In this document: positions 49,475 to 63,117 of the stretch, piece by piece | How the letters are laid out: each line of letters opens with the position of its first letter | How positions within the stretch are numbered: the first letter of the stretch is position 1 | Notes under the pieces: generated by a model | What the model was told of the DNA's origin: nothing | The model's input: the letters and a program-made list of their open reading frames with translations, nothing else | The model's database searches: none | Assembly (NCBI GenBank): GCA_002749065.1 | Contig: PDTX01000005.1 | Span: 19,160-83,159, forward strand | Reading direction: 5' to 3' | DNA from: Bacteroidia bacterium | Lineage (GTDB): Bacteria > Bacteroidota > Bacteroidia > Bacteroidales > CAJPTX01 | DNA length: 64,000 bases | Translations under genes and position numbers: made by a program

Positions 49475-50272
49475 TTACTTACTACCCAGCGCCGCGTCTA
49501 TCTCATCGTAGGGCGTGAGCACATCGGCGGTCCCATCCGCCGAGATCGCCACCGCCTTCTCGAAGTGCGCCGCCAGACTACCATCGCTGGTCCGGATGGT
49601 CCACCCATCGCTGTCGGAATATATCCGATGCTTACCCGCCGTTATCATCGGCTCGATGCAGATGACCATCCCCGGCTGCAGGGTCTTACCGTGGCCACGA
49701 CGGCCGTAGTTCGGCACCTCGGGCGCCTCGTGCATCGTCCGGCCCAGCCCGTGGCCCACCATCTCGCGCACCACACCGAAGCCAAACGACTCCACGTAGC
49801 TCTGGACGGCGTACCCTATGTCCCCCGTCCGCGCCCCCTTACGAATCGCGGCAATACCCCGCTCGAGGCTCTCACGGGTTGCATCCAGCAGCCGCTGGGC
49901 CGCATCGGAAATCTCGCCCACCGCGAACGTGAAGGCCGAATCGCCGAAGAAACCCTCCAGAATCGTGCCGCAGTCAATCGAAACCACATCGCCCTCCTTG
50001 AGCTCGTAGGCCCCCGGAAAGCCGTGCACCACCGCATCGTTCACCGAGATACACAGCGTGTACGGGAAGCCCTGATAGCCCTTGAAGCCCGGCAGGGCCC
50101 CGTGGTCGCGGATGAACTCCTCCGCGAGGCGGTCCAGCTCAATGGTCTTCACGCCCGGACGGACCATAGGGGCAAGCGTCGCCAGCGTATGCGCTACCAG
50201 CACGTTATTCTTGCGCAGTACCTCTATCTCCTCTGCGGACTTGAGAATGGGCTTTCGGATCGACATATACAT
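49475..50272 (-). CDS. map: Type I methionyl aminopeptidase
   Basis: VVHGFP...GDVVSIDCG...GDIG...[14 protein letters not shown]...GMVICIEPM contains the metal-ligand motifs. Start could be Met3 (50266). Confidence 0.94.
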   Translation of the reverse strand: MYMSIRKPILKSAEEIEVLRKNNVLVAHTLATLAPMVRPGVKTIELDRLAEEFIRDHGALPGFKGYQGFPYTLCISVNDAVVHGFPGAYELKEGDVVSIDCGTILEGFFGDSAFTFAVGEISDAAQRLLDATRESLERGIAAIRKGARTGDIGYAVQSYVESFGFGVVREMVGHGLGRTMHEAPEVPNYGRRGHGKTLQPGMVICIEPMITAGKHRIYSDSDGWTIRTSDGSLAAHFEKAVAISADGTADVLTPYDEIDAALGSK

Positions 50273-50284
50273 GCGCTATAGCGG

Positions 50285-51604
50285 CTAGCCCCTCCGGCCC
50301 TTCACCTTGCCACTGCCCATCAGCCCGTCGTAGTGGCGCATCAGGAGGTAGCTCTCCACCTGCTGCAGGGTGTCAAGCACCACGCCCACAAGGATTAGCA
50401 GGGAGGTGCCACCGTAGAACTGGGCGAACTGCGTATTCACATCGAACATCACCGCGAAGGAGGGCAAAATCGCGATCAGCGCCAGGAATATGGCACCCGG
50501 CAGGGTAATCTTCGAGATGACCTCGTAGAGGAACTCCACCGTCTTGCGCCCCGGCTTCACGCCCGGGATAAAGCCCCCGTTCCGCTTCATATCCTCCGCC
50601 ATCTGGTTGGGGTTCACCGTGATGGCCGTATAGAAATACGTGAACAGGATAATCAGCAGGGCCAGGGTGAAGTTGTACCAAAAGCCCGCGATATTCGTGA
50701 ACACCGCCGCGAAGGCCGAGGGGCTCTCCTGCGAATTGAAGAACAGCGCCGGCAGCATCATCAGGGCCTGGGCGAAGATGATGGGCATCACCCCCGCCGC
50801 GTTGACCTTCAGGGGAATGTACTGACGCACGCCCCCGTACTGGCGATTACCCACGATCCGCTTGGCGTACTGCACGGGGATCTTGCGGGTACCCTGCACC
50901 AGCAGGATGGAGAACATGAAGACCACGAAGAGCACCACCAGCTCCACCAGGAACATCACCAGCCCGCCAGCCATCTCCTCGGCCCGGTTGAAGAACTCCG
51001 CCGAGAAGGCGAAGGGCAAGCGGGCGATAATCCCGATCATGATGATGAGCGAGATGCCATTCCCGATACCCTTCTCAGTGATCCGCTCGCCCAGCCACAT
51101 CACGAACATCGTCCCCGCAATGAGGATGATGGTCGACATGATGGTGAAGTAGACCCCCTGCACCGCGAAGGCGCTCGAGGGGAGCTCGCTGTGCAGGTTG
51201 GCCAGGTAGCCCGGCGCCTGAACGGCCAGTATGCCCACCGTCAGGTATCGGGTTATCTGGTTAATCTTCCTGAACCCGCTCTCCCCCTCGCGCTGCAGAC
51301 GCTGGAAGTACGGCAGGGCCATCCCCAGCAGCTGCACAACAATCGATGCGGAGATGTAGGGCATTATGCCAAGCGCGAAAATCGAGGCGTTGCTGAAAGC
51401 CCCCCCCGAAAACATGTTCAGGAGGCTCATCATCCCGTCCTCGGTCTGGCGCTGGAGAGCACCTAGCTGCGTCGGATCGATGCCGGGGAGTACAACGAAG
51501 CTCCCAAGACGGTAGACCAGGAGTATTCCAAGCGTATAGAGAATACGCTTACGAAGATCCTCAATCTTCGCAATATTCTTGAGCGTTTCGATGAACTTTC
51601 TCAT
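50285..51604 (-). CDS. secY: Preprotein translocase subunit SecY
   Basis: LRKRILYTLGILLVYRLGSFVVLPGID...FSGGAFSNASIFALGIMPYISASIVVQLL. Confidence 0.96.
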   Translation of the reverse strand: MRKFIETLKNIAKIEDLRKRILYTLGILLVYRLGSFVVLPGIDPTQLGALQRQTEDGMMSLLNMFSGGAFSNASIFALGIMPYISASIVVQLLGMALPYFQRLQREGESGFRKINQITRYLTVGILAVQAPGYLANLHSELPSSAFAVQGVYFTIMSTIILIAGTMFVMWLGERITEKGIGNGISLIIMIGIIARLPFAFSAEFFNRAEEMAGGLVMFLVELVVLFVVFMFSILLVQGTRKIPVQYAKRIVGNRQYGGVRQYIPLKVNAAGVMPIIFAQALMMLPALFFNSQESPSAFAAVFTNIAGFWYNFTLALLIILFTYFYTAITVNPNQMAEDMKRNGGFIPGVKPGRKTVEFLYEVISKITLPGAIFLALIAILPSFAVMFDVNTQFAQFYGGTSLLILVGVVLDTLQQVESYLLMRHYDGLMGSGKVKGRRG

Positions 51605-51609
51605 AGACC

Positions 51610-52068
51610 CTAACGAACTTTTGTCGTACCCCCCTGTGCTTCTATCGCCTGTTTTGCACTCGCAGAAAACGCATCCGCCACCACCGAGAGCTTCTTGCTC
51701 AGCTCACCCCCGCCCAGTATCTTCACCTTGTCGCGCTTCTTCACCTCCCCCAGGGCATGCAGTATCTCCGGGGTTATCTCCTGCACCGACTTCGACTCCG
51801 CGATGCGCTGCAGGTCGGAGAGGTTAAGCACCGTGTACTCCACGCGGAAGGGGTTGGTGAAGCCGAACTTCGGCAGACGACGCTGCAGCGGCATCTGGCC
51901 CCCCTCAAAGCCCATCTTGCGCGAGTAGCCCGAGCGCGACTTCGCCCCCTTATGGCCGCGGGTCGACGTGCCACCACGGCCAGAACCCTGGCCACGACCT
52001 ACACGCTTACGCCCACGGGTAGACCCCGCATTAGGGCGCAGGTTATCCAAACGAACATCCTGTGACAT
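51610..52068 (-). CDS. rplO: 50S ribosomal protein L15
   Basis: RGRKRVGRGQGSGRGGTSTRGHKGAKSRSG...MPLQRRLPKFGF. Confidence 0.95.
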   Translation of the reverse strand: MSQDVRLDNLRPNAGSTRGRKRVGRGQGSGRGGTSTRGHKGAKSRSGYSRKMGFEGGQMPLQRRLPKFGFTNPFRVEYTVLNLSDLQRIAESKSVQEITPEILHALGEVKKRDKVKILGGGELSKKLSVVADAFSASAKQAIEAQGGTTKVR

Positions 52069-52076
52069 AGAACCTC

Positions 52077-52256
52077 CTACAATTTCTCTATTACTACAAG
52101 ATGCCCTATCTTGCGAAGCGCACCCTTCAAATCCTCACGCTCTTCGAGCTCCACCGAATGGCGGATACGGCGCAACCCCAAGGTCGCCATCGTCGCACGC
52201 TGGCTCTTGGTCGCCCCGATTAGGCTACGAACCTGTGTTACACGTATCTTCGACAT
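52077..52256 (-). CDS. rpmD: 50S ribosomal protein L30 (59 aa)
   Basis: Manual translation gives MSKIRVTQVRSLIGATKSQRATMATLGLRRIRHSVELEEREDLKGALRKIGHLVVIEKL*. Lies between rpsE and rplO. Below the ORF-track cutoff. Confidence 0.92.
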   Translation of the reverse strand: MSKIRVTQVRSLIGATKSQRATMATLGLRRIRHSVELEEREDLKGALRKIGHLVVIEKL

Positions 52257-52269
52257 GCTCCTTTCCCTC

Positions 52270-52788
52270 CTATCCGTTAAACACCTTATCCAAATCTATA
52301 CCCCGCAGCCGGGCGATCTCGCGCGCATCGCGCAGCTCCAGCAGCGCCGCCATCGTGGCCTTCACCAGGTTGTGCGGGTTCGAAGAGCCCTTGCTCTTGG
52401 CCAGCACGTCGCGTATCCCCACGCTCTCCAGCACCGCGCGCATCGCCCCGCCGGCGGTCACACCCGTACCAGGGGTCGCCGGCTTGATCAGCACCTTCGC
52501 CCCACCGAACTTCGCCTCCTGCTCGTGCGGAATCGTACCCTTCTGTATCGGGATGCGGTACAGGTTCTTCTTGGCCGCCTCGATGCCCTTGGCGATTGCG
52601 GTCGACACCTCGCCCGCCTTGCCCAGGCCGTAGCCCACCACGCCGTTCTCATCGCCCACGACCACTATCGCCGAGAAGCTGAATGTACGCCCCCCCTTGG
52701 TCACCTTGGCCACACGCTGTATCCCAACGAGGCGATCCTTCAGCTCCAAATCCGTCGCACGTACCCTTACATGTTTTTCAAAAACCAT
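52270..52788 (-). CDS. rpsE: 30S ribosomal protein S5
   Basis: [37 protein letters not shown]. Confidence 0.96.
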   Translation of the reverse strand: MVFEKHVRVRATDLELKDRLVGIQRVAKVTKGGRTFSFSAIVVVGDENGVVGYGLGKAGEVSTAIAKGIEAAKKNLYRIPIQKGTIPHEQEAKFGGAKVLIKPATPGTGVTAGGAMRAVLESVGIRDVLAKSKGSSNPHNLVKATMAALLELRDAREIARLRGIDLDKVFNG

Positions 52789-52799
52789 ATCTACCCCAT

Positions 52800-53159
52800 T
52801 TAGAATATTAAGCCGCCCGCGCGCGCCGCATCCGCCAGCGCCTTCACGCGACCATGATACTGGTAACCATTCCGATCGAACACCACCTCGCTGATGTTGG
52901 CCGCCTTGGCCACCTCGGCCGCCAAGCGGCCCACCTGCTCAGCCTGCGCCACCTTGCACATCGCGCCCAGCTGCACGATGGAGGGCATGCGCGACGAGGC
53001 GGAGGCCAGCGTCTTCCCCTCATCATCGTTCACGAACTGAACGTATATCTGCTTATTGCTACGGAACACCGTCATCCGCGGACGCTGCGCCGTGCCGCTG
53101 ATGCGCCGACGAATACGCTTCTTTATGCGGAGACGCATCTCTCTCTTTGTCAATGCCAT
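52800..53159 (-). CDS. rplR: 50S ribosomal protein L18
   Basis: [35 protein letters not shown]...[20 protein letters not shown]. Confidence 0.96.
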   Translation of the reverse strand: MALTKREMRLRIKKRIRRRISGTAQRPRMTVFRSNKQIYVQFVNDDEGKTLASASSRMPSIVQLGAMCKVAQAEQVGRLAAEVAKAANISEVVFDRNGYQYHGRVKALADAARAGGLIF

Positions 53160-53181
53160 GTTATAACCTCACTTTAATACG

Positions 53182-53736
53182 TTACGCACTCGCAGACTTG
53201 CCAGCCTTGCGGCGAATCTCCTCGCCCACAAAGCGAATACCCTTCCCACGGTAGGGCTCCGGCGGGCGCAAGGAGCGTATCTTGGCCGCCACCTGCCCCA
53301 GCAGCTGCTTATCGGCAGAACGTAAAATCACAATCGGGTTACCACGGCGCACCTGCTCTGCCTCTACCTTGACCTCGGCCGGCAGCTGAAGCTGGATATC
53401 ATGCGAAAAACCAAGGCTCAGCGTCAAAATCTGCCCCTGAGCCTCAGCCTTGTAGCCCACCCCTATCAGCTCCTGACGAAGCTCCCAGCCGGTCGACACG
53501 CCAATCACCATGTTGTTTATCAACGCGCGGTACAGACCATGAAGGCTACGGTGGCGCTTCTGATCCGTCGGGCGTGTCACCTCCACCACCCCTTCCTTCA
53601 CCTCCACAGTAATGTCCGCATCGACCTTCTGCGAAAGCTCACCAAGGGGCCCTTTGACGCTTACCACATTCTCCTTGCTGACCGCAACGGTCACGCCAGC
53701 GGGTAAGTTTACAGGTTTCTTTCCTATTCGAGACAT
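53182..53736 (-). CDS. rplF: 50S ribosomal protein L6
   Basis: MSRIGKKPVNLPAGVTVAVSKENVVSVKGPLGELS...EPYRGKGIRF. Confidence 0.96.
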   Translation of the reverse strand: MSRIGKKPVNLPAGVTVAVSKENVVSVKGPLGELSQKVDADITVEVKEGVVEVTRPTDQKRHRSLHGLYRALINNMVIGVSTGWELRQELIGVGYKAEAQGQILTLSLGFSHDIQLQLPAEVKVEAEQVRRGNPIVILRSADKQLLGQVAAKIRSLRPPEPYRGKGIRFVGEEIRRKAGKSASA

Positions 53737-53759
53737 CTCTTTCCCTTCTTGTTATTAAC

Positions 53760-54158
53760 CTAGTACACCTCGCAGATAACCTCGCCCCCTATGCCCTTCT
53801 TGCGGGCCAGCTTATCGGTCATCACGCCCTGCGAGGTCGATATGATGGCTATGCCCAGGCCGTTGAGCACGCGGGGCAGCTCGGCCGCGCCACGGTACTG
53901 GCGCAGGCCCGGCCGGCTCACGCGCCGGAGCTGCTTGATGGCGTTCTTCTTCGTGAGCGGATCGATGCGCAGCGCGATCTTGATGATGCCGCTACGGCCA
54001 TCCTCCACGAACTTGTAGTTCAGTATGTAGCCCTGGTCGAAAAGGATGCGCGTCATGTCGCGCTTCATCTTCGAAGAGGGGATCTCTACCACCCTGTGAC
54101 CCGCACGAACGGCGTTGCGTATGCGCGTCAGGTAGTCTGCTATGGGATCTGTTAGCAT
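53760..54158 (-). CDS. rpsH: 30S ribosomal protein S8
   Basis: MLTDPIADYLTRIRNAVRAGHRVVEIPSSKMK. Confidence 0.96.
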   Translation of the reverse strand: MLTDPIADYLTRIRNAVRAGHRVVEIPSSKMKRDMTRILFDQGYILNYKFVEDGRSGIIKIALRIDPLTKKNAIKQLRRVSRPGLRQYRGAAELPRVLNGLGIAIISTSQGVMTDKLARKKGIGGEVICEVY

Positions 54159-54182
54159 CTTCTTCTTCCTCCTGTTAATTGA

Positions 54183-54452
54183 CTACCAGCTGGCCTTCTT
54201 CACGCCCGGAATCAAACCCTGCGACGCCATCTCCCGGAAGGTGATGCGGCTTATCCCGAACTGGCGCATGTAGCCACGCGGACGGCCCGTTATCTTGCAG
54301 CGGCTGTGCAAACGCACCGGGCTGGCATCCCGCGGCAGCTTCTGCAGCCCCACGTAATCGCCCTCGGCCTTCAGCCGCGCGCGCTTCTCAGCGTAGCGGG
54401 CCACCATCTTCTCGCGGCGCGCCTGCCGCGCCTTCATCGACTCCTTTGCCAT
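54183..54452 (-). CDS. rpsN: 30S ribosomal protein S14 (89 aa, long non-zinc form)
   Basis: [20 protein letters not shown]...[33 protein letters not shown]. Confidence 0.96.
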   Translation of the reverse strand: MAKESMKARQARREKMVARYAEKRARLKAEGDYVGLQKLPRDASPVRLHSRCKITGRPRGYMRQFGISRITFREMASQGLIPGVKKASW

Positions 54453-55013
54453 CTACTCGCTCTTTTTTACATTCTTAAACGGGATACCGAACTCCTTGAG
54501 CAGCGCGTAGCCCTCCGCATCCGTCTTGGCCGTCGTCACGAAGGTCACCTCCACGCCCATCAGGCGGTTAATCTTGTCAATGTCAATCTCCGGGAAGAGA
54601 ATCTGCTCCGCGATGCCCAGCGTGTAGTTGCCGTGGCCATCGAGGTTCTCCGACACCCCGCGGAAATCCCGAATACGGGGCAGCGACACGTTGATCAGAC
54701 GGTCCAGGAACTCGTACATCCGGTCCCGGCGCAGCGTCACGGTCGTCCCTATCGGCATCCCCTTACGCAGCTTGAAGTTCGAGATGTCCTTCTTGGCCTT
54801 GGTGATCACGGCCTTCTGGCCCGCAATCTGCGTGAGCTCGGCCTGGGCCTGCTCCACGAGCTTACGGTCCTCCGTGGCGCGGCCCACGCCCTGGTTCAGC
54901 ACGATCTTCACCAAGCGGGGCACCTGCATGCAACTCGTGTAGCCGAAGGCCTTGGTCAGCGCGGGCACTATCTGCTCCTCGTACTGCTTACGCAGCTCTG
55001 GCTTATACTGCAT
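54453..55013 (-). CDS. rplE: 50S ribosomal protein L5
   Basis: [14 protein letters not shown]...RDFRGVS...[18 protein letters not shown]. Confidence 0.96.
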   Translation of the reverse strand: MQYKPELRKQYEEQIVPALTKAFGYTSCMQVPRLVKIVLNQGVGRATEDRKLVEQAQAELTQIAGQKAVITKAKKDISNFKLRKGMPIGTTVTLRRDRMYEFLDRLINVSLPRIRDFRGVSENLDGHGNYTLGIAEQILFPEIDIDKINRLMGVEVTFVTTAKTDAEGYALLKEFGIPFKNVKKSE

Positions 55014-55333
55014 TACTTGATCTCCTTGTTAGATTTCTTGGAGTAGCGTACAAGCTTCCCCTCTGCGTTACGACGGCGACCAATGCGCGTCGGCTCACCA
55101 CTCTCCGGGTCCAGGAGCATGAGGTTCGACACATGGATGGCCGCCTCCTGCTCCACCACCCCGCCCTGCGTATTCTGCGCATTCGGCTTCACGTGCTTCT
55201 TCACCATGTTCACGCCCTCGACAATGGCCCTATCCTTCTTGGGGAACACGGCCAGCACCTTTCCCTTGGCGCCACGGTCGCGACCCGTGGTCACGTAGAC
55301 CATGTCGCCCTTGCGGATGTGCAACTTCTTCAT
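55013..55333 (-). CDS. rplX: 50S ribosomal protein L24
   Basis: [27 protein letters not shown]...[13 protein letters not shown]. Start set at internal ATG 55333 (alternative 55339), because the long ORF (to 55465) overlaps rplN. Confidence 0.93.
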   Translation of the reverse strand: MKKLHIRKGDMVYVTTGRDRGAKGKVLAVFPKKDRAIVEGVNMVKKHVKPNAQNTQGGVVEQEAAIHVSNLMLLDPESGEPTRIGRRRNAEGKLVRYSKKSNKEIK

Positions 55334-55347
55334 TACCATATACGTCC

Positions 55348-55713
55348 TTACAGCACCTCCGGCGCCAGTGATACAATCTTCATGTAGCCATCGCGGAGCT
55401 CGCGCGCCACCGGGCCAAAAATACGCGTGCCACGGATCTCCCCATCGTTCTTCAGCAGCACGCACGCGTTCTCATCGAAGCGGATGTAGGACCCATCGGG
55501 CCTCCGGATCTCCTTCTTCACGCGGACCACCACCGCCTTGCTCACCGTGCCCTTCTTCGCATCACCGCTGGGGATGGCGTTCTTGACCGTCACGACGATC
55601 TTGTCGCCTATCGTCGCGTAGCGCTTCCTCGTGCCGCCCAACACGCGGATGCAAAGCACCTCCTTCGCCCCGCTGTTGTCGGCCACCATCAGTCGACTCT
55701 CTTGCTGTATCAT
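55348..55713 (-). CDS. rplN: 50S ribosomal protein L14
   Basis: [27 protein letters not shown]. Confidence 0.97.
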   Translation of the reverse strand: MIQQESRLMVADNSGAKEVLCIRVLGGTRKRYATIGDKIVVTVKNAIPSGDAKKGTVSKAVVVRVKKEIRRPDGSYIRFDENACVLLKNDGEIRGTRIFGPVARELRDGYMKIVSLAPEVL

Positions 55714-55716
55714 GTC

Positions 55717-55992
55717 CTACTTAGCCTTCTCGATGATTTCCACCACGCGCCAGCACTTCGTCTTGCTCAACGGACGCGTCTCCATTATCCGCACCACATC
55801 CCCCACCCCGCACTCATTCTTCTCATCGTGAGCGCAGAAACGGGTCGTCCGATGCACAAACTTGCCGTACTTCGGGTGCTTCACGCGGCGCTCCACGGCC
55901 ACGATAACCGACTTCTGCATCTTATCGCTCACCACTACGCCCTGCCGCTCCTTGCGGAGCCGACGGGTCACAACCTGTTGCTGTTCTTCCAT
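55717..55992 (-). CDS. rpsQ: 30S ribosomal protein S17
   Basis: [31 protein letters not shown]...[17 protein letters not shown]. Confidence 0.95.
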   Translation of the reverse strand: MEEQQQVVTRRLRKERQGVVVSDKMQKSVIVAVERRVKHPKYGKFVHRTTRFCAHDEKNECGVGDVVRIMETRPLSKTKCWRVVEIIEKAK

Positions 55993-56009
55993 GCTTCCCT
56001 AGCTCCTTT

Positions 56010-56210
56010 CTATTTCGCTACCGAGCGACGACGCTCAGTCAGTATCGTCAGCATCCGAGCAATGTTCTTCTTCGCCACACGGAGCTGCATCGGGTTCTCC
56101 AGCGGCGACACGGCGTGGTTCATCTGCAAACGGTGCAGGTGGTCACGCTCGGCCTCAATTCGTTCCTCGAGCTCCTCGAGGGAGAGCTCCCTTATCTCTG
56201 CTGATTTCAT
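56010..56210 (-). CDS. rpmC: 50S ribosomal protein L29
   Basis: [44 protein letters not shown]. Overlaps the rplP stop by 4 nt. Confidence 0.95.
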   Translation of the reverse strand: MKSAEIRELSLEELEERIEAERDHLHRLQMNHAVSPLENPMQLRVAKKNIARMLTILTERRRSVAK

Positions 56211-56644
56211 TTCGTAAATACGTCCTTTTCAGTGTAATCCCTACGCACCACCAACTTGGTCACCACCGGCAGCTTCTGGGCCGCCAGGCGCAAGGCCTCC
56301 TTGGCCACCTCGAAGGGCACGCCGTCGGCCTCCAGAATGATGCGGCCCGGCGTCACCGGCGCCACGAAGCCCTCGGGCGCACCCTTACCCTTACCCATAC
56401 GAACCTCGGCCGGCTTGCTAGTTATCGGCTTGTCCGGGAATATGCGTATCCAGATCTTCCCCTCACGCTTCATGTAGCGCGTCACGGCCTGACGAGCCGC
56501 CTCGATCTGACGGCCCGTAATCCAGGCCTTCTCCAACGTCTTTATGCCGAAAGAACCGAACGCCAGCTGATTACCCCGATGGGCTATCCCCTTCATCCGG
56601 CCCTTCTGGACCTTCCTGTACTTTGTCTTCTTCGGTTGTAGCAT
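56207..56644 (-). CDS. rplP: 50S ribosomal protein L16
   Basis: [32 protein letters not shown]. Confidence 0.97.
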   Translation of the reverse strand: MLQPKKTKYRKVQKGRMKGIAHRGNQLAFGSFGIKTLEKAWITGRQIEAARQAVTRYMKREGKIWIRIFPDKPITSKPAEVRMGKGKGAPEGFVAPVTPGRIILEADGVPFEVAKEALRLAAQKLPVVTKLVVRRDYTEKDVFTK

Positions 56645-56654
56645 CGCTTAGACC

Positions 56655-57404
56655 TTATTTATCGTTCTGTCTCGGGGCACGGGGCGAGCGGCGACCATCA
56701 CGACGAGCGCCACCACGGGGCGCACGCCCCTGGCCACCAGCGCCCGCATTCGCCCCAACATTCGGCGAAAGGTCGCGCTTGCCATACACCTCCCCCTTGC
56801 ATATCCACACCTTCACGCCGATGATGCCAACCTTGGTCAGCGCCTCGCACAGCGCGTAGTCGATGTCGGCACGGAAGGTATGCAGCGGGATGCGCCCCTC
56901 CTTCATCGTCTCGGTGCGGGCCATCTCCGCCCCCCCGAGCCGACCAGCCACCTGAATCTTCACGCCCTCCGCGCCCATACGCATCGTCGAGCCTATCGCC
57001 ATCTTCAGCGTGCGGCGGAAGGATGCACGCCCCTCCAGGGAGCGCGCCACGTTCTCGGCCACCAGCTGCGCATCCAGCTCCGGACGCTTCACCTCGAAGA
57101 TGTTTATCTGAACCTCCTTCTCCGTCAGCCGGCAGAGCTCCCCGCGGAGCGTATCCACCTCCTGCCCACCACGACCGATGATCGTGCCCGGGCGCGAGGT
57201 GTAGATCGTGACGGTCAGCAGCTTGAGGGTGCGCTCAATCACGACGCGCGATACACCCGCACGCGCCAAACGCACCTTCAGGTAGCGGCGGATCTTATCG
57301 TCCTCCACCAGCTTCTGGGAGTAATCATGCCCCCCGAACCAATTCGAATCCCAACCGCGGATGATGCCCAGACGGTTGCTAATCGGATTTACTTTCTGTC
57401 CCAT
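56655..57404 (-). CDS. rpsC: 30S ribosomal protein S3 (Arg/Gly-rich C-terminal tail)
   Basis: [25 protein letters not shown]... Confidence 0.96.
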   Translation of the reverse strand: MGQKVNPISNRLGIIRGWDSNWFGGHDYSQKLVEDDKIRRYLKVRLARAGVSRVVIERTLKLLTVTIYTSRPGTIIGRGGQEVDTLRGELCRLTEKEVQINIFEVKRPELDAQLVAENVARSLEGRASFRRTLKMAIGSTMRMGAEGVKIQVAGRLGGAEMARTETMKEGRIPLHTFRADIDYALCEALTKVGIIGVKVWICKGEVYGKRDLSPNVGANAGAGGQGRAPRGGARRDGRRSPRAPRQNDK

Positions 57405-57410
57405 ACTCGA

Positions 57411-57863
57411 CTACTCCGTTACAGTTTCCTTGGTCTCCACCACACCAGCCTCCGCCGCGGGCTCGGCCACCTCGCGCTCAGCAACCTCGACAAAAATGTG
57501 GCACGAACGCTTCAGAATGCGGTTCGCCCGGCCCTGCGCGCGGGGGCGGATACGCTTGAGCGTACGCCCCTCATCCACCATGATGGTCTTCACCTCCAGC
57601 ACCACATCCTCAGCCGACTGCTCCGGATGCTTCTGCTCCCAGTTGTTCACCGCGCTCAGCAGCACCTTCTCCACGTAGGGCGCGCCGCCGTGGCTGTCGT
57701 AGCGCAGCATGCTCAGCGCGCGGCCCACCTCCACGCGGCGCACCATGTCGGCCACCAAGCGCACCTTGCGAGGCGAGAGCGGGCAGTTCCGCAAAATCGC
57801 CAACGAGCGCTTCATCTTGGCCTCCCGACGAGCCGCCGCGCTTATCGCTTTTCTTTTTCCCAT
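57411..57863 (-). CDS. rplV: 50S ribosomal protein L22 (acidic C-terminal tail)
   Basis: AILRNCPLSPRKVRLVADMVRRVEVGRALSMLRY... Confidence 0.95.
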   Translation of the reverse strand: MGKRKAISAAARREAKMKRSLAILRNCPLSPRKVRLVADMVRRVEVGRALSMLRYDSHGGAPYVEKVLLSAVNNWEQKHPEQSAEDVVLEVKTIMVDEGRTLKRIRPRAQGRANRILKRSCHIFVEVAEREVAEPAAEAGVVETKETVTE

Positions 57864-57890
57864 ATCTCTTGCTCCTAATTACGCGAATGA

Positions 57891-58160
57891 CTACTTACGG
57901 TTGCCCGAGTGGCCACGGAAGGTGCGCGTCGGCGCGAACTCGCCGAGCTTATGCCCAACCATGTTCTCCGTGATGTACACCGGAATGAACTTGTTACCAT
58001 TGTGCACCGCGATCGTGTGCCCCACGAAATCCGGCGATATCATCGAAGCCCTCGACCAGGTCTTCAGCACCGCCTTCTTCTTCGCGCCCGAATTCATCTC
58101 CAGAATCCGACGCTCCAGCTTATAGGCGATAAACGGGCCCTTCTTAAGTGATCTACTCAT
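57891..58160 (-). CDS. rpsS: 30S ribosomal protein S19
   Basis: [15 protein letters not shown]...[38 protein letters not shown]. Confidence 0.97.
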   Translation of the reverse strand: MSRSLKKGPFIAYKLERRILEMNSGAKKKAVLKTWSRASMISPDFVGHTIAVHNGNKFIPVYITENMVGHKLGEFAPTRTFRGHSGNRK

Positions 58161-58179
58161 ATTCTATTCCTCCTAACGC

Positions 58180-59007
58180 CTATTTACGTTTACGCCTCTC
58201 CACAATGAACTTGCTCGAGGGGTTCTTCCGCCGACGGGTCTTGTAGCCCTTGGCCAGCAAGCCCTTGCGCGAGCGGGGATGCCCACCCGAGGACTTACCC
58301 TCGCCACCACCCATCGGGTGGTCCACCGGGTTCATCGCCACACCACGCACCCGCGGACGGCGACCGAGCCAGCGGCTACGCCCCGCCTTGCCCGACTTCT
58401 GCAGCGCGTGGTCCTTGTTCGACACCTCACCGATGGTCGCCTTGCAGGTCAGCAGCACCATGCGGACCTCACCGCTCGGCAGCCGCAGCTGGGCGTACTT
58501 GCCCTCCCGCGAGAGCAGCACCGCGCTCGTCCCGGCGCTCCGGGCTATCACCGCGCCCCGGCCGGGCTGCAGCTCCACGTTGTGCACCACCGTACCCAGC
58601 GGGATGTCCGCCAGGTAGAGCGTGTTGCCAACCTCCGGCTCCGCGCCGCGGCCCGAGACGATCTCCTGCCCCACCTGTATGCCATGCGGCGCCACGATGT
58701 AGCGCTTCTCCCCGTCGCGGTAGCACACCAGGGCGATGCGCGCCGAGCGGTTCGGGTCGTACTCAATCGTCTTCACCGTGGCGACCTGCCCCTCACGCTC
58801 CCGGTCAAAATCGATAATCCGGTAGCGACGCTTGTGCCCGCCCCCGATGTTGCGGACCGTCATCTTACCGGAGTTGTTGCGCCCCCCGCTCTTCTTCAGG
58901 GGGGCCAGTAGGCTCTTCTCAGGCTTCGAGGTGGTGATCTCGTCGAAGGTGCTGATGATTTTATGACGCTGGCCAGGTGTTACTGGCTTCATTTTCCTTA
59001 CTGCCAT
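58180..59007 (-). CDS. rplB: 50S ribosomal protein L2
   Basis: [25 protein letters not shown]...[21 protein letters not shown]. Confidence 0.97.
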   Translation of the reverse strand: MAVRKMKPVTPGQRHKIISTFDEITTSKPEKSLLAPLKKSGGRNNSGKMTVRNIGGGHKRRYRIIDFDREREGQVATVKTIEYDPNRSARIALVCYRDGEKRYIVAPHGIQVGQEIVSGRGAEPEVGNTLYLADIPLGTVVHNVELQPGRGAVIARSAGTSAVLLSREGKYAQLRLPSGEVRMVLLTCKATIGEVSNKDHALQKSGKAGRSRWLGRRPRVRGVAMNPVDHPMGGGEGKSSGGHPRSRKGLLAKGYKTRRRKNPSSKFIVERRKRK

Positions 59008-59013
59008 CGCTTC

Positions 59014-59340
59014 CTAGATATTGCTGTAGAAGTCAATACTTTCCCCCTCCTTGAGCGTCACGATCGCTTTCTTGAAGGCCTTCGTTCGACCGGTAAGCAG
59101 CCCCGTCTTCGTGTAGCGAGTGCGGCGCTTACCCATGTAGTTCATGGTGTTCACCCTCACGACGGTGACACCGTAGTACTCCTCAACCGCACGGCGAATC
59201 TCTATCCGGTTCGCCTGGCGATCCACTATGAACCCGTACTGGTTCAGCTGCACCTTCCCCTTCTTGGGCGGCCGCCCCTCCAGGCGGTTCAGCTTCTCAG
59301 TCACCAGCGGGCGTACCAATATCCGACTTATCCTACTCAT
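59014..59340 (-). CDS. rplW: 50S ribosomal protein L23
   Basis: ILVRPLVTEK...QYGFIVDRQANRIEIRRAVEEYYGV.V..VNT. Lies between rplD and rplB. Confidence 0.94.
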   Translation of the reverse strand: MSRISRILVRPLVTEKLNRLEGRPPKKGKVQLNQYGFIVDRQANRIEIRRAVEEYYGVTVVRVNTMNYMGKRRTRYTKTGLLTGRTKAFKKAIVTLKEGESIDFYSNI

Positions 59341-59352
59341 TACGCTATGCGG

Positions 59353-59985
59353 TTATTTCTCTTCAAACAAGCTACCCAACGCCGAGACCGCACTCTCCAT
59401 CAACACCAAAACCTGAGCATCAACCACACTGTACGTGTTCAGTTGGCGCGCAGGAAGCACATGAAGCCTCTTCACGTTTCTAGCCGACAAATATACGTTT
59501 TTATTCTCACCCGGCAACAGGAAGAGAGCCTTTTTTGCGTCTATATTAAGGCTCTTGCAAATCGCGAGCATCGACTTGGTCTTGGGCACCTCGAAGTCGA
59601 AATCCTCCACGACCACGATATTCCCGCTCAAGGCCTTGTAGGTCAGGGCGCTACGGCGCGCCAAGTCCTTCACCTTGCGGTTGAGCTTGAAGCGGTAGCT
59701 GCGTGGCCGCGGGCCGAACACCCGGGCGCCGCCCCGCAGCAGGGGGGAGTTGATGTCGCCCCGGCGCGCGCCGCCCGTCCCCTTCTGGCGGATGAGCTTG
59801 CGCGTGCTGCCCGACATCTCGCTGCGCTCCTTGGTCTTGTGCGTACCGTGCCGCTGGTGGGCCAGGTACTGCTTCACGTCCAAGTAGATGACGTGATTGT
59901 TGGGCTCAATCCCGAAAATAGAGTCAGGCAAGGCTACCACTCGCCCCGTCTCGGAGCCGGCTTGGCTCAAAACTTTCAATTCCAT
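59353..59985 (-). CDS. rplD: 50S ribosomal protein L4
   Basis: [40 protein letters not shown]. Confidence 0.96.
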   Translation of the reverse strand: MELKVLSQAGSETGRVVALPDSIFGIEPNNHVIYLDVKQYLAHQRHGTHKTKERSEMSGSTRKLIRQKGTGGARRGDINSPLLRGGARVFGPRPRSYRFKLNRKVKDLARRSALTYKALSGNIVVVEDFDFEVPKTKSMLAICKSLNIDAKKALFLLPGENKNVYLSARNVKRLHVLPARQLNTYSVVDAQVLVLMESAVSALGSLFEEK

Positions 59986-59994
59986 GCCTAAGTC

Positions 59995-60618
59995 CTACTT
60001 TTTGATGATGAGATAAGACCCCTTGGCGCCAGGAATTGAACCCTTCACCAGGAGCAGATTCGACTCCGGGATGACGCGCAGCACCTTCAGGTTCGACACC
60101 GTCACCCGCTGGCCACCCATACGGCCCGCCATACGAAGACCGGGGAAAACCCGGCTCGGGTACGATGAGCCGCCGAGCGAACCGGGGGCGCGCTGCCGGT
60201 TGTGCTGGCCGTGCGTCGACTGGCCCACGCCGCCGAAACCGTGGCGCCGCACCACGCCCTGAAAGCCCTTACCCTTCGAGATGCCCACGATGTCGACCCA
60301 CTGCACATCCTCCGATATCACATCCGAGAGCTGGAGCACATCGCCCAGCGAGTACTCCCTGTCCCACTCCTTGAACTCGGCCAAGAAGCGCTTCGGCGTC
60401 GTGTTGGCCTTCGCGAAGTGCCCCTGCATCGGCTTGGTCGTCCGCTTCTCCTTCTTGTCGTCGAACGCCAGCTGCAATGCCGAGTAGCCGTCCTTCTCCA
60501 CGGTCCGGACCTGGGTCACCACGCAGGGGCCCGCCTCTATCACCGTGCAGGGAATATTACGGCCTTCCGCATCGAAAACCGACGTCATCCCAACCTTACG
60601 TCCTATTATTCCTGCCAT
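59995..60618 (-). CDS. rplC: 50S ribosomal protein L3
   Basis: [37 protein letters not shown]...[13 protein letters not shown]. Confidence 0.97.
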   Translation of the reverse strand: MAGIIGRKVGMTSVFDAEGRNIPCTVIEAGPCVVTQVRTVEKDGYSALQLAFDDKKEKRTTKPMQGHFAKANTTPKRFLAEFKEWDREYSLGDVLQLSDVISEDVQWVDIVGISKGKGFQGVVRRHGFGGVGQSTHGQHNRQRAPGSLGGSSYPSRVFPGLRMAGRMGGQRVTVSNLKVLRVIPESNLLLVKGSIPGAKGSYLIIKK

Positions 60619-60645
60619 GATTTAATTACTCCTGTCTCTACGTAA

Positions 60646-60951
60646 TCAGACCTTGATTTGGACATCCACCCCGCTGGGAAGCTCCAGCTTCATCAGCGCG
60701 TCGATGGTCTTGGGCGTCGAGCTGTAGATGTCCAGCAAGCGCTTGTACATGTCCAAACGGAACTGCTCACGCGACTTCTTGTTAACAAATGTCGACCGAT
60801 TCACCGTAAATATCCGAGTTTCCATCGGCAACGGTATCGGACCGCTAACCACAGCGCCTGTCAGCTTGACTGTCTTCACAATCTTCTCAGCCGATTTATC
60901 CACCAGGTTGTGGTCGTACGATTTTAGCTTGATCCTAATCTTCTGACTCAT
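60646..60951 (-). CDS. rpsJ: 30S ribosomal protein S10
   Basis: [41 protein letters not shown]. Confidence 0.97.
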   Translation of the reverse strand: MSQKIRIKLKSYDHNLVDKSAEKIVKTVKLTGAVVSGPIPLPMETRIFTVNRSTFVNKKSREQFRLDMYKRLLDIYSSTPKTIDALMKLELPSGVDVQIKV

Positions 60952-60964
60952 GGACTCTTACCTA

Positions 60965-63076
<2,112 letters not shown>

Positions 63077-63117
63077 TCTCTTATAACCTCTTGTCTTTCG
63101 CTAGTGAGCCCAAAAGG

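Noticed and set aside
55334-55465. N-terminal extension of the L24 ORF
   Set aside because: It overlaps the 3' end of rplN. L24 homologs begin at [10 protein letters not shown].
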